Assembly: GCA_947495915.1 (NCBI GenBank)
Contig: CANMAW010000006.1
Span: 170,882-234,881, forward strand
Direction of reading: 5' to 3'
DNA: 64,000 nt
Source: Maribacter algarum (ex Lu et al. 2025) (nom. illeg.)
GTDB taxonomy: Bacteria; Bacteroidota; Bacteroidia; Flavobacteriales; Flavobacteriaceae
Below, piece after piece: positions 29,909-39,537 of the stretch. Under the pieces are notes generated by a model that was given only the letters and a program-made list of their open reading frames with translations, did not search any database and was not told where the DNA came from. How positions within the stretch are numbered: position 1 is the stretch's first letter; each line of letters starts with the position of its first letter. The position numbers were made by a program, and so were the translations under genes.

Positions 29909-30238
29909 TTACAGTACCTTTTTTTGATGGGTTAGATATTTATAAGTGGCGAAAGGCAAAATAAGGACCAGAATAACTTGAAAAATTGTAGCAGCAGTAG
30001 TAATGGAAGTCGATACTTGTACCATTTGCTCTTGTGTTTTTACGTCTTCCGTTGTGGTTGAAAAAGTATCATTTATACCGTTAAGTACACTACGAAACAA
30101 TCCGTTTAAACGCGTTAAGAGTACTATAAAGGTAAGTCCGGATAAGATGAGCATACCCAGACTTACTAGTGAAGTAAAACCTTCAATTAATGATTTTATC
30201 AAAGAGCTAATGAAAATAACCGCAGTGATGATGAGCAA
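29909..30238 (-). CDS. Hypothetical small membrane protein (3 TM); start codon uncertain (TTG)
   Basis: The ORF-track start is a TTG. The reading frame stays open upstream to 30319, and the first in-frame ATG is 28 codons downstream. Confidence 0.4.
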   Translation of the reverse strand: MLIITAVIFISSLIKSLIEGFTSLVSLGMLILSGLTFIVLLTRLNGLFRSVLNGINDTFSTTTEDVKTQEQMVQVSTSITTAATIFQVILVLILPFATYKYLTHQKKVL

Positions 30239-30258
30239 CCATTGCGCAAAGCTTTCTA

Positions 30259-30396
30259 TTATAAAATAGGAGTCATAAAGCTGAATGTAAGTTCTGATTC
30301 TTCTGAAAAGATGTGATAATCAAAAGTATAACATAGCGAGATGCCTAATACTGTTGCTACAACTAACCAGAGTATTTCTTTAACTATTTTATGCAT
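30259..30396 (-). CDS. Candidate 45 aa membrane micro-ORF (MHKIVKEILWLVVATVLGISLCYTFDYHIFSEESELTFSFMTPIL)
   Basis: Hand translation of the minus strand. The ATG lies 2 nt after the stop of the S10 peptidase gene and there is one TM segment. It is absent from the ORF track, probably because of its small size. Confidence 0.3.
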   Translation of the reverse strand: MHKIVKEILWLVVATVLGISLCYTFDYHIFSEESELTFSFMTPIL

Positions 30397-30398
30397 CT

Positions 30399-31907
30399 TT
30401 AATACTTCGCACTTTTACCATTAGCCAAAGTTCTTTTTATAAATTCACGAATATCATTATTTGCATTTTTAAGATCTTCTCTTCTTAAATACATCATATG
30501 CCCTGAACGATACCCTTTGAAGTCAAAACGATCTTTCATTTTTCCACTAGGGTCGGTTTGCCACATGGTATACTTTGCTTGAAAATAAGTGGTAGCACCA
30601 TCATAATAACCTGATTGTACCAACACATTTAAATATGGATTTTGCGCCATAGCCTGTCGTAAATTATCACGAGTATTATCATCATCATTATTCCATGGGT
30701 GAACTGGGCCAAACATGTTGTATTTTATGTCGGTTTTGAACTTTAATTCTTCCTGTAAATAGTAATTAATAGCAGGTGTAAAACTATGGAGCCATGATGT
30801 AAGCTCTGCACTATAATCAGGACTGTCGCCAAACTGCTGACGGTCAATACCCAAATAACGACTATCTAAGCGACCGGTGGTGTAGCCTCGATCTTTCAAT
30901 AAGTTTTTCCAGAAGTATTGTACGGGTACAGCTAAATTATGATCTAAAATTTCTTGTTTCGATAACCCGGAATAGTAGGCCATTTTTTCGGCAACTGCAT
31001 TCTTTTCAGTTTCACCAATAAATCCACCTTTAGCTAAAGCAGGAATTACGGTATTCACCGCATAGGCTTCAGATTCAGGTAAAATTTCTAATAAATCTTT
31101 AGTTTGTAAGTCAGCCGGTAATGCTTTGTGATGCCAAGCAGCAGCGGTAAAGTAGGGAAGACTTATTGAATTCTCAACCGCTCCACCTGTGTTGTACAAT
31201 TTATAATCTGCAGGAGAAACCATGATTACTCCGTTAAGATACATCCATTGTTGGTTTTGAAGTGCTAATGATAAGCCCATTACACGTGTGCCTCCATAAC
31301 TTTCTCCGACGATATATTTAGGTGAACGCCAACGGTTATTACGCGTTACAAAGGTATTCAACCATTCTGCTAAATATTTGATATCTGCATTGATTCCGAA
31401 GAACTTTTCACGGTCAACTTCTTTACCTGATTCAGGTATGGTTCGGCTATAACCTGTATTTGCGGGATTGACATAAACGATATCAGTTACATCTAATACT
31501 GAAAACGGATTTTCCTTTACCCCGTAAGGTTGTATTGGGTAACCTTCATCATCAATTTTTAGAATGCGAGGACCAGTATATGCCAAATGCATCCAGACAG
31601 AGCCTGAACCAGGCCCACCATTGAATGAAATTAATAATGGACGCGAAGCCCTATCTTTTACATTGTTTCTGGTATAGTAGGTGTAATGTAGCGATGCAAT
31701 TGGTTCACCCATTTCATCCCAAACAGGTTGCGTTCCTATTTTGGCAGTGTAATTAATAGGTGTACCATTAATGGTAACGCTATGTTGAGTAGTTACAACC
31801 GTATCAACCGGTAATGATCTTTTTTGAGAGAATAAACACGGAATACTGAGCAAAGAAAGTAATACTAAAAAAGTAATTTGTCGCATAGTTTTATTTGAAT
31901 TAGTCAT
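30399..31907 (-). CDS. S10 family serine carboxypeptidase (secreted)
   Basis: FNGGPGSGS and VGESYGG motifs of peptidase S10, plus a signal peptide. Confidence 0.8.
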   Translation of the reverse strand: MTNSNKTMRQITFLVLLSLLSIPCLFSQKRSLPVDTVVTTQHSVTINGTPINYTAKIGTQPVWDEMGEPIASLHYTYYTRNNVKDRASRPLLISFNGGPGSGSVWMHLAYTGPRILKIDDEGYPIQPYGVKENPFSVLDVTDIVYVNPANTGYSRTIPESGKEVDREKFFGINADIKYLAEWLNTFVTRNNRWRSPKYIVGESYGGTRVMGLSLALQNQQWMYLNGVIMVSPADYKLYNTGGAVENSISLPYFTAAAWHHKALPADLQTKDLLEILPESEAYAVNTVIPALAKGGFIGETEKNAVAEKMAYYSGLSKQEILDHNLAVPVQYFWKNLLKDRGYTTGRLDSRYLGIDRQQFGDSPDYSAELTSWLHSFTPAINYYLQEELKFKTDIKYNMFGPVHPWNNDDDNTRDNLRQAMAQNPYLNVLVQSGYYDGATTYFQAKYTMWQTDPSGKMKDRFDFKGYRSGHMMYLRREDLKNANNDIREFIKRTLANGKSAKY

Positions 31908-32028
31908 ATTCTAAAAGTAGTAAAAGCATTGAGAATAGCAAACCTATTTATACTTGGCAATGTTAAAAGTATACTTCCTCTTTTTCATAATAATTTGTAG
32001 TTTTAAATAGTAATCAAAAAACAACCAG

Positions 32029-33171
32029 ATGTCACAAATTAACCGAAGAGTTTTTAGTAAGAAATTGGGTCACGGAATAGCCGGAACAGCATTACTATCA
32101 AATATGCCCTATGCTATTGGAAAAAATACTTCTAAAAAGGATAATAAACTAGGTATTGCCTTGGTTGGTTTAGGCAGTTACAGTACGGGGCAATTAGCGC
32201 CAGGATTAGTGAATGCTAAACATTGTTATTTGGCAGGAATCGTAACAGGAACCCCATCCAAAGAAAAAATATGGATGGAACAATATGATATTCCTAAAGC
32301 GAATGTATACAACTATGACAATTTTGATGAGATTGCAAAAAACGATGATATTGATATCGTATATGTGGTTTTACCTAATAGTATGCATGCTGAATTTTGT
32401 ATTCGAGCGGCAAAAGCGGGTAAGCATGTAATTTGTGAAAAGCCAATGGCAGTTAGTGTCGCAGAGTGTGATACTATTATTCAAGCTTGTGAAACGGCTG
32501 GGGTGAAATTAAGTGTTGGATATCGAATGCAATCAGATCCCTATACCAATGAGATCAAAAGACTGGTTCGTGAGAAAACCTTTGGTGATGTTCATTATGT
32601 TTCTTCAGACGCGGGATACATTTCTAGAGGAAACCCTGATCAATGGCGATTGCATCATGCGCTTTCCGGTGGTGGTGCTTTGATGAACATGGGCGTATAT
32701 GCTATTCAAAGTAATATTTATGGTACAGGTACGAACCCTATTTCAGTCGCAGCACAAGAGTTTAGTACTATGCCAGAATATTTTAAGGATACTGATGAAA
32801 CTATAACTGCGCAAATGCAATTTCCGAATGGGGTAGTGGGTAATTTATTTACGAGCCACAATGCAAATTCAAATCGCTTATTCGTGAATTTTAGTAAAGG
32901 GTGGGCAGAATTGAATCCGTGTCATAATTATGGTCCGTTGGCCGGAAAAACATCTGATGGAACTGAAATAAAATTTCCGCATCAAAGTCAACAAATGTTA
33001 CAGATGGATGATTTCGCACTGCATATACAAACGGGTAGTACTAATTACGCACCTGGTGAAATGGGAAAACGCGATATGATTATAGTTGAAGCGATATATC
33101 AATCTATCAAAGAAGACGGTAAAACTATCGCTCTAAATCTTGGAACTATGGGCATTGTCAAACACTTTTAA
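32029..33171 (+). CDS. Gfo/Idh/MocA family oxidoreductase with twin-arginine signal (periplasmic, GFOR-like)
   Basis: Tat motif NRRVFSKKLGHGIAGTALL; Rossmann LGIALVGLGSYS; the CEKP motif typical of the family. Confidence 0.8.
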   Translation: MSQINRRVFSKKLGHGIAGTALLSNMPYAIGKNTSKKDNKLGIALVGLGSYSTGQLAPGLVNAKHCYLAGIVTGTPSKEKIWMEQYDIPKANVYNYDNFDEIAKNDDIDIVYVVLPNSMHAEFCIRAAKAGKHVICEKPMAVSVAECDTIIQACETAGVKLSVGYRMQSDPYTNEIKRLVREKTFGDVHYVSSDAGYISRGNPDQWRLHHALSGGGALMNMGVYAIQSNIYGTGTNPISVAAQEFSTMPEYFKDTDETITAQMQFPNGVVGNLFTSHNANSNRLFVNFSKGWAELNPCHNYGPLAGKTSDGTEIKFPHQSQQMLQMDDFALHIQTGSTNYAPGEMGKRDMIIVEAIYQSIKEDGKTIALNLGTMGIVKHF

Positions 33172-33197
33172 ATTAACCTTTGATTTAATTTATAAAT

Positions 33198-33231
33198 AAA
33201 GCCCTTTGTAATTTTATGCAAAGGGCTTTTT
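33198..33231. terminator. Bidirectional rho-independent terminator between convergent genes
   Basis: 13 bp stem AAAGCCCTTTGTA/TGCAAAGGGCTTT (one G.U pair), loop ATTTTA, with T-runs on both sides. Confidence 0.7.
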
Positions 33232-33254
33232 AATAGACTGTTTTTTCTTCGGAT

Positions 33255-35087
33255 TTATATTGAAACCGAAGACTTTTTTAAGGAACTGTCTGTTAATGAT
33301 TTCAAGAATAAAACCAAATCTTTTTGTTCTTGTGCTGAAAGATTCAATTCATCCGATGGCAAGGTTTGATATTCTAGATCGATACCAATTCCAGCACCAC
33401 CACCTCTGTTATAAAAATCAACTACCTCTTCTAAGGTTTTATAAACACCATTATGCATATAGGGGGCGGTTAATTCACTATTTCTGACCGTTGGTGTTTT
33501 GAAGAAAAATTTTCTCTCTTCCGTGCCAAAAACATTGAAACGACCAAGATCTGAATCAACAATAGCATTTACGGTATCGTTTGCTGTAGGAATACCAAGT
33601 AACTCAATTTCGGTGTCTTTATACAAAGTAGGCACTGTTCCGTTAAAAACGGGAGCAAAATGACAGGTAGCGCACTTCCCTTTTCCCATAAACAGATTGA
33701 ATCCGTTTATTTCACCAATGGTAAGCGTGTTTTCTAATCCATTAATATTGTTGTCAAATTTAGAATTGAATTCATTTTGACTGCGAATGTAACTGGCGAT
33801 GGCGTTTCGAATTTTGTAATCATCGATAGTTCCGTCATACAAACTGTCAAATCTAATTTTATAACCTTCATCATTGTTCACAGCCTGTAAAAGGGTCTCT
33901 AAATCTGTATGAAATTCAGATTCATTATTTACTACAGAAATAATTTGACCTTCAAGACTACCAGAACGATTGTCATAAAAGTAACTCTGTTGCAAAGAGG
34001 CATAGGTAAGGGTAGGGCTATTTCTTGATTGACCGTTAGATTTTGCTAGTCCGTCAGTAAATGCTTTTTCTTTAGAATGGCAAGTAGCACAACTGATACT
34101 TTTATTTTTTGACAGTTTAGCATCATTAAAAAGGTCTTTACCTAAATTGATAATGCCTTCTGAAACTTTTTTATTCTTATAATCTGTAAAGTATAAAGGA
34201 TTAAAGGTATCATTGGAGAATAATGACTTGGCATCATTATTTATAGCAAGGGTAAACGGAAACTCTATTTTCCAATCGGAAACAACATCATTAAACATTG
34301 CCATTTGTTTCTGTGTATGGTTTTTGACAAATTGATATCGATTAAAAGAGTTAAAATCACCTTGTTTTAAGGTTGAAATACTTGCGTTTATCTCCCCTTT
34401 CCAGGCTTTGTATAATTGTATATTTGAAAAGTTCTGCTCGGTTAGCGTAAAAAGCTCATCAATGGTTTTATAAACAGTTTGAGCTTCGATAAGCGACTGT
34501 TCTAAAACCGGAGAATCGAAACCTGTAATACCTGTTTGCGACACTCTTAAAACTGCATCTCTTAGTAGCCAAAACACATGACGTTTTTTAAAATGATTGA
34601 GATTCGTATTTTTTTCTAGAAGTTGAAGTCGATTGTAAATTAATGAGGTAGTTTCTTTTATTTTTTTAAAGTCAGGCGTTTCGTCAACAAATATTGATTC
34701 TTCTAAAACTTGGAAACTCTTTGGTTCCATAATTTTAATATTCGTTGCATCTTCCTCTTCGACCTTTAGAATATTAGGAGCATTTAGAAACTTATAATTT
34801 TCAGCATGAACGAACGCCATAACAGGTTCCATCTGTTTGAATATTTTTCTTGCCTCCAAATAGTTTTTTTGTAGATCTTCCTTAGTATTACTTTTTAATA
34901 ATTTGTCGAGCGACGTTTGACAATGTGATAGTTTAACTTTAAAATTCTCTTGAATTAATTGACCAATATTCTGTTGTTCAATTTCCACATCTTTTTTTAT
35001 CTGATTACATGACATAATAGATAAAACAAAGAGGCTTATGTAAACATAAACCCCTTTTTTTATTTGTTTTTTTAAATGCTTGATCAT
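33255..35087 (-). CDS. Di-heme cytochrome c peroxidase/MauG family lipoprotein with a roughly 330 aa helical N-terminal extension
   Basis: Two CxxCH motifs (CATCHS, CATCHF) and the PTVRN...APYMHNG motif in the C-terminal 280 aa. Lipobox LSIMSCN. I do not recognise the N-terminal domain. Confidence 0.8.
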   Translation of the reverse strand: MIKHLKKQIKKGVYVYISLFVLSIMSCNQIKKDVEIEQQNIGQLIQENFKVKLSHCQTSLDKLLKSNTKEDLQKNYLEARKIFKQMEPVMAFVHAENYKFLNAPNILKVEEEDATNIKIMEPKSFQVLEESIFVDETPDFKKIKETTSLIYNRLQLLEKNTNLNHFKKRHVFWLLRDAVLRVSQTGITGFDSPVLEQSLIEAQTVYKTIDELFTLTEQNFSNIQLYKAWKGEINASISTLKQGDFNSFNRYQFVKNHTQKQMAMFNDVVSDWKIEFPFTLAINNDAKSLFSNDTFNPLYFTDYKNKKVSEGIINLGKDLFNDAKLSKNKSISCATCHSKEKAFTDGLAKSNGQSRNSPTLTYASLQQSYFYDNRSGSLEGQIISVVNNESEFHTDLETLLQAVNNDEGYKIRFDSLYDGTIDDYKIRNAIASYIRSQNEFNSKFDNNINGLENTLTIGEINGFNLFMGKGKCATCHFAPVFNGTVPTLYKDTEIELLGIPTANDTVNAIVDSDLGRFNVFGTEERKFFFKTPTVRNSELTAPYMHNGVYKTLEEVVDFYNRGGGAGIGIDLEYQTLPSDELNLSAQEQKDLVLFLKSLTDSSLKKSSVSI

Positions 35088-35097
35088 TCAAAAACAA

Positions 35098-36570
35098 TTA
35101 GTTAGATAAACCTTTAAGTAAAAATAACTGGCTTCCTTCTTTGTTAGCATCAGGACTAGCATTTGCTAAAGGATCAGTAAAACCAGAACCATCAGCAGGT
35201 AACCATCCATGGTTTTGAGTAATCATAATAAAAGAATCATCAACACCAATAGTTTCAGAAACATCAATCATACCTGTAATCTCCCAGTTTCTATCTGCAG
35301 AACCAATGCCGTTAGCAGCAGCAGCCTCTTGATCACATTCTAAAACTGTTTTCAATTCTCCCGTGTTTAAATTGTACTGATAAAGTTGAGCATAATGGTC
35401 TTTGTCTGCAGTATCAGGGTATCCGTTCGGATCTTCTTGAATGTATGCGTATTTCTCTGTTACAACGATATTATCAGGGCTATGAAATTCCTTAGCTTTT
35501 CCATCTAAAATATCACCATCAAGAATACAAGAAATAGTAGCTTTTGTTGGGTCTTCTTCATCTAAAACTACTTTGTAAACTCTACCATAAACAGTTCCTT
35601 TACCAATCAAACCATCTTTCTGTCTTCCAGTAACAGCTAAATACACCTCTCTTTGGTTAGCAGCAATACCTCTTCTCCAGTCAATATCTTCTAATCTAGA
35701 GAAACCCATAGCTCCTTTTTCCTTTGCCTCAGCATCTAAAAGGTCGATATCTCTTTCTTCCATTTCTACAAATTCAGCAGCATAAGTTTCACCTTCGGCC
35801 ATATCCATTTCGTAAGTTACCGTAGAATCAGAAACTTTTAAAGTATATAGTTTTCCGTTATTAAGATCACCTTGATCAGCAACATACATACCTAACTGGC
35901 CAGAAGGAACTTCATTATCGGAATGGTCATCACCAATAAAGATTACCGTTTTTCCTGGGTAAGCGTCTTTACCAATCGCAACCGCATTTTCTGTAGACCA
36001 ACTACCTAATGCTGGTAACATAGTAGCAACAGATGCATTAGCAGCACTAGCATAAGGATCAGTAATGAAAACTCCTTTTGAAGATCCACCCCATTCACCA
36101 CCTGATAAATAAGCAGGACCAAAACCATGCTCTTCAGGTGTAATCATAGAACCTGAACACTGTGCAGTGTAAGCCGTAGCCTCAGCATTAAGTATATACT
36201 CACCTTTTACTGGTTTGAAAGATTCATCAAAGGCTATTCTTGCGATTGAATAATCTCCCTCAAGGTTATTAATAAGTGTAAAGCTACCGTCAGCTTCTTT
36301 TAATAGTCCAGCGCCATCAGCTAAAGAACCGTAAACAAAGTTTGGAGAATCTGGTAAAACATCACCAGAACTTAATAAGGTGTAAACTTCTACATTACTA
36401 AATGCAGGATCCATCTTAAAGTAAGCTGGAATTTCAGAATGGTTTTTAAGAACCACTCCTATTGCATCATCTCCTTCTCCACCGCCATCGCTGATGAAAT
36501 CATCTAAACGATCACAAGCTGTGAAAGAAACTAAGCCTGCAGCAAGTAGTAAATTTGTAATCTTTTTCAT
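35098..36570 (-). CDS. Hypothetical lipoprotein, possibly a DUF839/PhoX-like beta-propeller
   Basis: Lipobox VSFTACD. Weak by-eye resemblance to PhoX/DUF839 blocks (AQCSGSMITPEEHG, SPDNIVV, ITQNHGW). Not verified. Confidence 0.35.
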   Translation of the reverse strand: MKKITNLLLAAGLVSFTACDRLDDFISDGGGEGDDAIGVVLKNHSEIPAYFKMDPAFSNVEVYTLLSSGDVLPDSPNFVYGSLADGAGLLKEADGSFTLINNLEGDYSIARIAFDESFKPVKGEYILNAEATAYTAQCSGSMITPEEHGFGPAYLSGGEWGGSSKGVFITDPYASAANASVATMLPALGSWSTENAVAIGKDAYPGKTVIFIGDDHSDNEVPSGQLGMYVADQGDLNNGKLYTLKVSDSTVTYEMDMAEGETYAAEFVEMEERDIDLLDAEAKEKGAMGFSRLEDIDWRRGIAANQREVYLAVTGRQKDGLIGKGTVYGRVYKVVLDEEDPTKATISCILDGDILDGKAKEFHSPDNIVVTEKYAYIQEDPNGYPDTADKDHYAQLYQYNLNTGELKTVLECDQEAAAANGIGSADRNWEITGMIDVSETIGVDDSFIMITQNHGWLPADGSGFTDPLANASPDANKEGSQLFLLKGLSN

Positions 36571-37096
36571 TTTTAAATGTGTTTTTAGGTTATAAATTCT
36601 GATGTAAAATTAGAGGGTGATGTTTACGCTAGTTTTAACCAAATATTTTGTTTTCTTAAGTTAAATGGACTTTTAGTTTATGATATGGTTACTAAATGGA
36701 ATTATTCTTAATAGAATATTCAAGTGTCTGAAAATAAAATTATTACAAGGATTCTTATTACGTTTAGAATGAAGTATTTTCTAGAAATCAATAACAATTA
36801 ATTCCAATGTTTTTTACATTTAAATAACAAGTAGGCATTTAAACTAGCTTTTGAAATTATAACAAAAAATAGGCCCCATTCTTTCTTGAACCCCTTATTT
36901 AAAGTATTAGTCAGTCATTTTCGTTGACATACCAAAATCATAGCACTTGAGATTTCAAATAGTCTCAAAACAATCACTTTACATTCTAGGATATTTAATA
37001 AAGTTGTGCTTACATATAATTAAAAATGTCTTCAACAGTCTAGTATGATTAAATCTTAATTTTCGGCAGAATAACGAGACATTAAAAATCAACCAA

Positions 37097-38698
37097 ATGA
37101 AAATGAAATTTTTAAAAAGCCAGCTTCTTGTAATGTTGCTTATGAGCCTATTGTTTATGGCTTGTACGACAAATGATGATATTGTTGCCGATAATCAAAC
37201 CGTCAATGAAATAGAAGATGAAACTACTACAGATGAGCCTACCGTAGAAGGACCAACAGAAGAAACGGTCGTATTATTGAACTTAAATGAGGTAATTAAT
37301 GCTAACGATGAACTTAGCTTATTATCAGAAGCAATTATTAAAGCTGGTTTAGAAGAGACTTTTAGTGAAGATGGCCCCAACACTGTATTTGCGCCAAGTA
37401 ATGAGGCAATAGAAGAGCTGTTTGATTTGCTTGGAGATGAATTTAACAGTTTTGAAGACTTTAATGGTTTTTTAGAAGTGGAACTGCTTCGTAGAATATT
37501 AACTTTTCATGTCACCCAAGCCAATTTATTATCGCGTGATTTTGTTGCGGGTGAACTGACTACATTGTATGACAATACAACCATAGAAATTATTGCTTCA
37601 GATGATGTCTTCGCAATACGAGATGCATCACCAATTAACGCTAACTTTTTAGCCGTTGATCATTTAGCAACAAACGGTACGCTTCATATTATTGACAAAA
37701 TATTGGTGCCAGAAGAAGTTGCTGAGGTTTTAGACTTGCCATCGGCAACTGATTCTAAACCGATTAAAGAACTTATTGAAGAAACTGATGAATTTACCTT
37801 TTTAGAAGAAGCGTTGGTTCTAACCGATCTTCTTGAAACCTTAGGTGAGCAAGGGCCATTTACCGTTTTTGCACCTTCTGATGATTCGTTGACTACGCTG
37901 TTAGCATTTTTAGGAGAAGAATTTACAAGTATTGAAGATTTTGACTCAGAAGAAGAAATAGCTTGGTTGCGAGAAGTGTTGTTATACCATGTCGTACCCG
38001 GACTTTTAACTTCTTCTGATTTTACAGAAGGTCCATTAATTACGTTATCGGGAGAAAACACTTTAGCATTACTAGATAGAGGAGATCAGTTTTCAATTAT
38101 TGATGGTACATCATTTCAAGCTAACATTATTGTCAAAAATATCACTGCCCAAAATGGTATGATTCATATAGTAGATCGCATATTGGTACCTGAATCTATT
38201 CTTAATGCATTAGCAGGAACTGTAAGTTCAGCATTTGAGCAAGTTATGATCTCTGATGAAAATTTAAAAACTTCCTTAGAACTTTTCAGATTAGTTCAAA
38301 ATAGCATGGATTTAGAAGCACTGTCAAACAAAGAATTCACCTTCTTTCTTCCTACAGATCAAGCATTTGAAGATTTATTCAATGCATTAGGTTATGATAC
38401 TCTGGAAAGTTTTAATAGCGAAGCAGGACAAGAAGTTCTAAAGGATATTTTGTCTTATCACTGTGTTGAAAACAGGAAAGTGACTACTACTGATTTTACA
38501 ACAGGTGAAATTCTATCAACCTATCAAGGCGAAAAAATAAAGGTGCAGACAGATGTAAATGGCGTATACCTTTTAGATAAAACAGAAAGCGCTTCAAAAG
38601 TAATTATTGCTGATGAAGAAATTCTTCAAGGAGTTATACATGTCGTTGACAAAGTACTATTACCTCAAGAGGTTTTAAAACATCTTTCTGCTCTATAG
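37097..38698 (+). CDS. Fasciclin (FAS1) domain lipoprotein with three FAS1 repeats
   Basis: Three repeats of the FAS1 signature: TVFAPSxxA...L(x)YHV...NG(x)IH(x)ID(x)ILVPE (NTVFAPSNEA/NGTLHIIDKILVP; FTVFAPSDDS/NGMIHIVDRILVP; FTFFLPTDQA/GVIHVVDKVLLP). Lipobox LFMACT and an acidic linker. Confidence 0.85.
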   Translation: MKMKFLKSQLLVMLLMSLLFMACTTNDDIVADNQTVNEIEDETTTDEPTVEGPTEETVVLLNLNEVINANDELSLLSEAIIKAGLEETFSEDGPNTVFAPSNEAIEELFDLLGDEFNSFEDFNGFLEVELLRRILTFHVTQANLLSRDFVAGELTTLYDNTTIEIIASDDVFAIRDASPINANFLAVDHLATNGTLHIIDKILVPEEVAEVLDLPSATDSKPIKELIEETDEFTFLEEALVLTDLLETLGEQGPFTVFAPSDDSLTTLLAFLGEEFTSIEDFDSEEEIAWLREVLLYHVVPGLLTSSDFTEGPLITLSGENTLALLDRGDQFSIIDGTSFQANIIVKNITAQNGMIHIVDRILVPESILNALAGTVSSAFEQVMISDENLKTSLELFRLVQNSMDLEALSNKEFTFFLPTDQAFEDLFNALGYDTLESFNSEAGQEVLKDILSYHCVENRKVTTTDFTTGEILSTYQGEKIKVQTDVNGVYLLDKTESASKVIIADEEILQGVIHVVDKVLLPQEVLKHLSAL

Positions 38699-38772
38699 TA
38701 AATTTTAAAATTTTGATTTGAACAATACGAGGGTATTCTTTTTCGGGGGAACTAAAGGTGCCCTTGTTGCGT

Positions 38773-39537
38773 TTAAAATTTTTCAAAAACTCCTAATCCG
38801 AATAAAGCAAAGTCGTACTTAACAGGATCTAAGGGGTCTAATTTCCTCAAACTTTTGTCCAATTCAGCAAGGGCTTTCGCATCATTTTGTTTCCGTTTTA
38901 AAAGTTTAAGTTTGCGAGCAACATTTCCAGAATGAACATCTAACGGACATGAAAGTATCGCTGGACTAATAGATTTCCAAAGTCCAAAATCTACATTCGT
39001 CGAACCGTCACGAACCATCCACCGTAGAAACATATTAATACGTTTCGCCGCTGATCCTTTAAGTGGATCACTAACGTGCTTGGTTGTTCGAGCTGGGTGC
39101 GCTATTTCAAAAAACACTTTTTTGAACGCGGCAATTGCCGGTTGTATCGAAGTGGAGTCACTATTATCGAAAAACACTTTTTCTAAACCTCCATGATTTT
39201 TATAAATGTTTTGCAATGCTTTTATAAAAAAAAGGAAGTCAACATGATTAAAAGTGCGATGAACAAAAGATTGCAATTGCTGCAAATCTTTATTTTCATA
39301 ATTCATGATAAAGTTATATGGGTCATGATCAAGCATTTCCATCATACGATGCGCGTTGGTAATTATACTTTTTCTATTTCCCCAGGCTATAGTTGCCGTT
39401 AAAAATCCACTTATTTCAATATCTTCTTTTGTATTAAATTGATGTGGAATCTGAATAGGATCAGTTTCTAAAAACTTCGGATTATTATACTGTATAACCT
39501 TTGCTTCTAAGAAATCTTTAAGTTCTTCACGATTCAT
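38773..39537 (-). CDS. TIGR02757 (DUF2400) family protein
   Basis: 254 aa. The N-terminal FLETDPIQIPHQF...TATIAWGNRKSI pattern recalls the TIGR02757 family. This is from memory, not a search. Confidence 0.5.
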   Translation of the reverse strand: MNREELKDFLEAKVIQYNNPKFLETDPIQIPHQFNTKEDIEISGFLTATIAWGNRKSIITNAHRMMEMLDHDPYNFIMNYENKDLQQLQSFVHRTFNHVDFLFFIKALQNIYKNHGGLEKVFFDNSDSTSIQPAIAAFKKVFFEIAHPARTTKHVSDPLKGSAAKRINMFLRWMVRDGSTNVDFGLWKSISPAILSCPLDVHSGNVARKLKLLKRKQNDAKALAELDKSLRKLDPLDPVKYDFALFGLGVFEKF

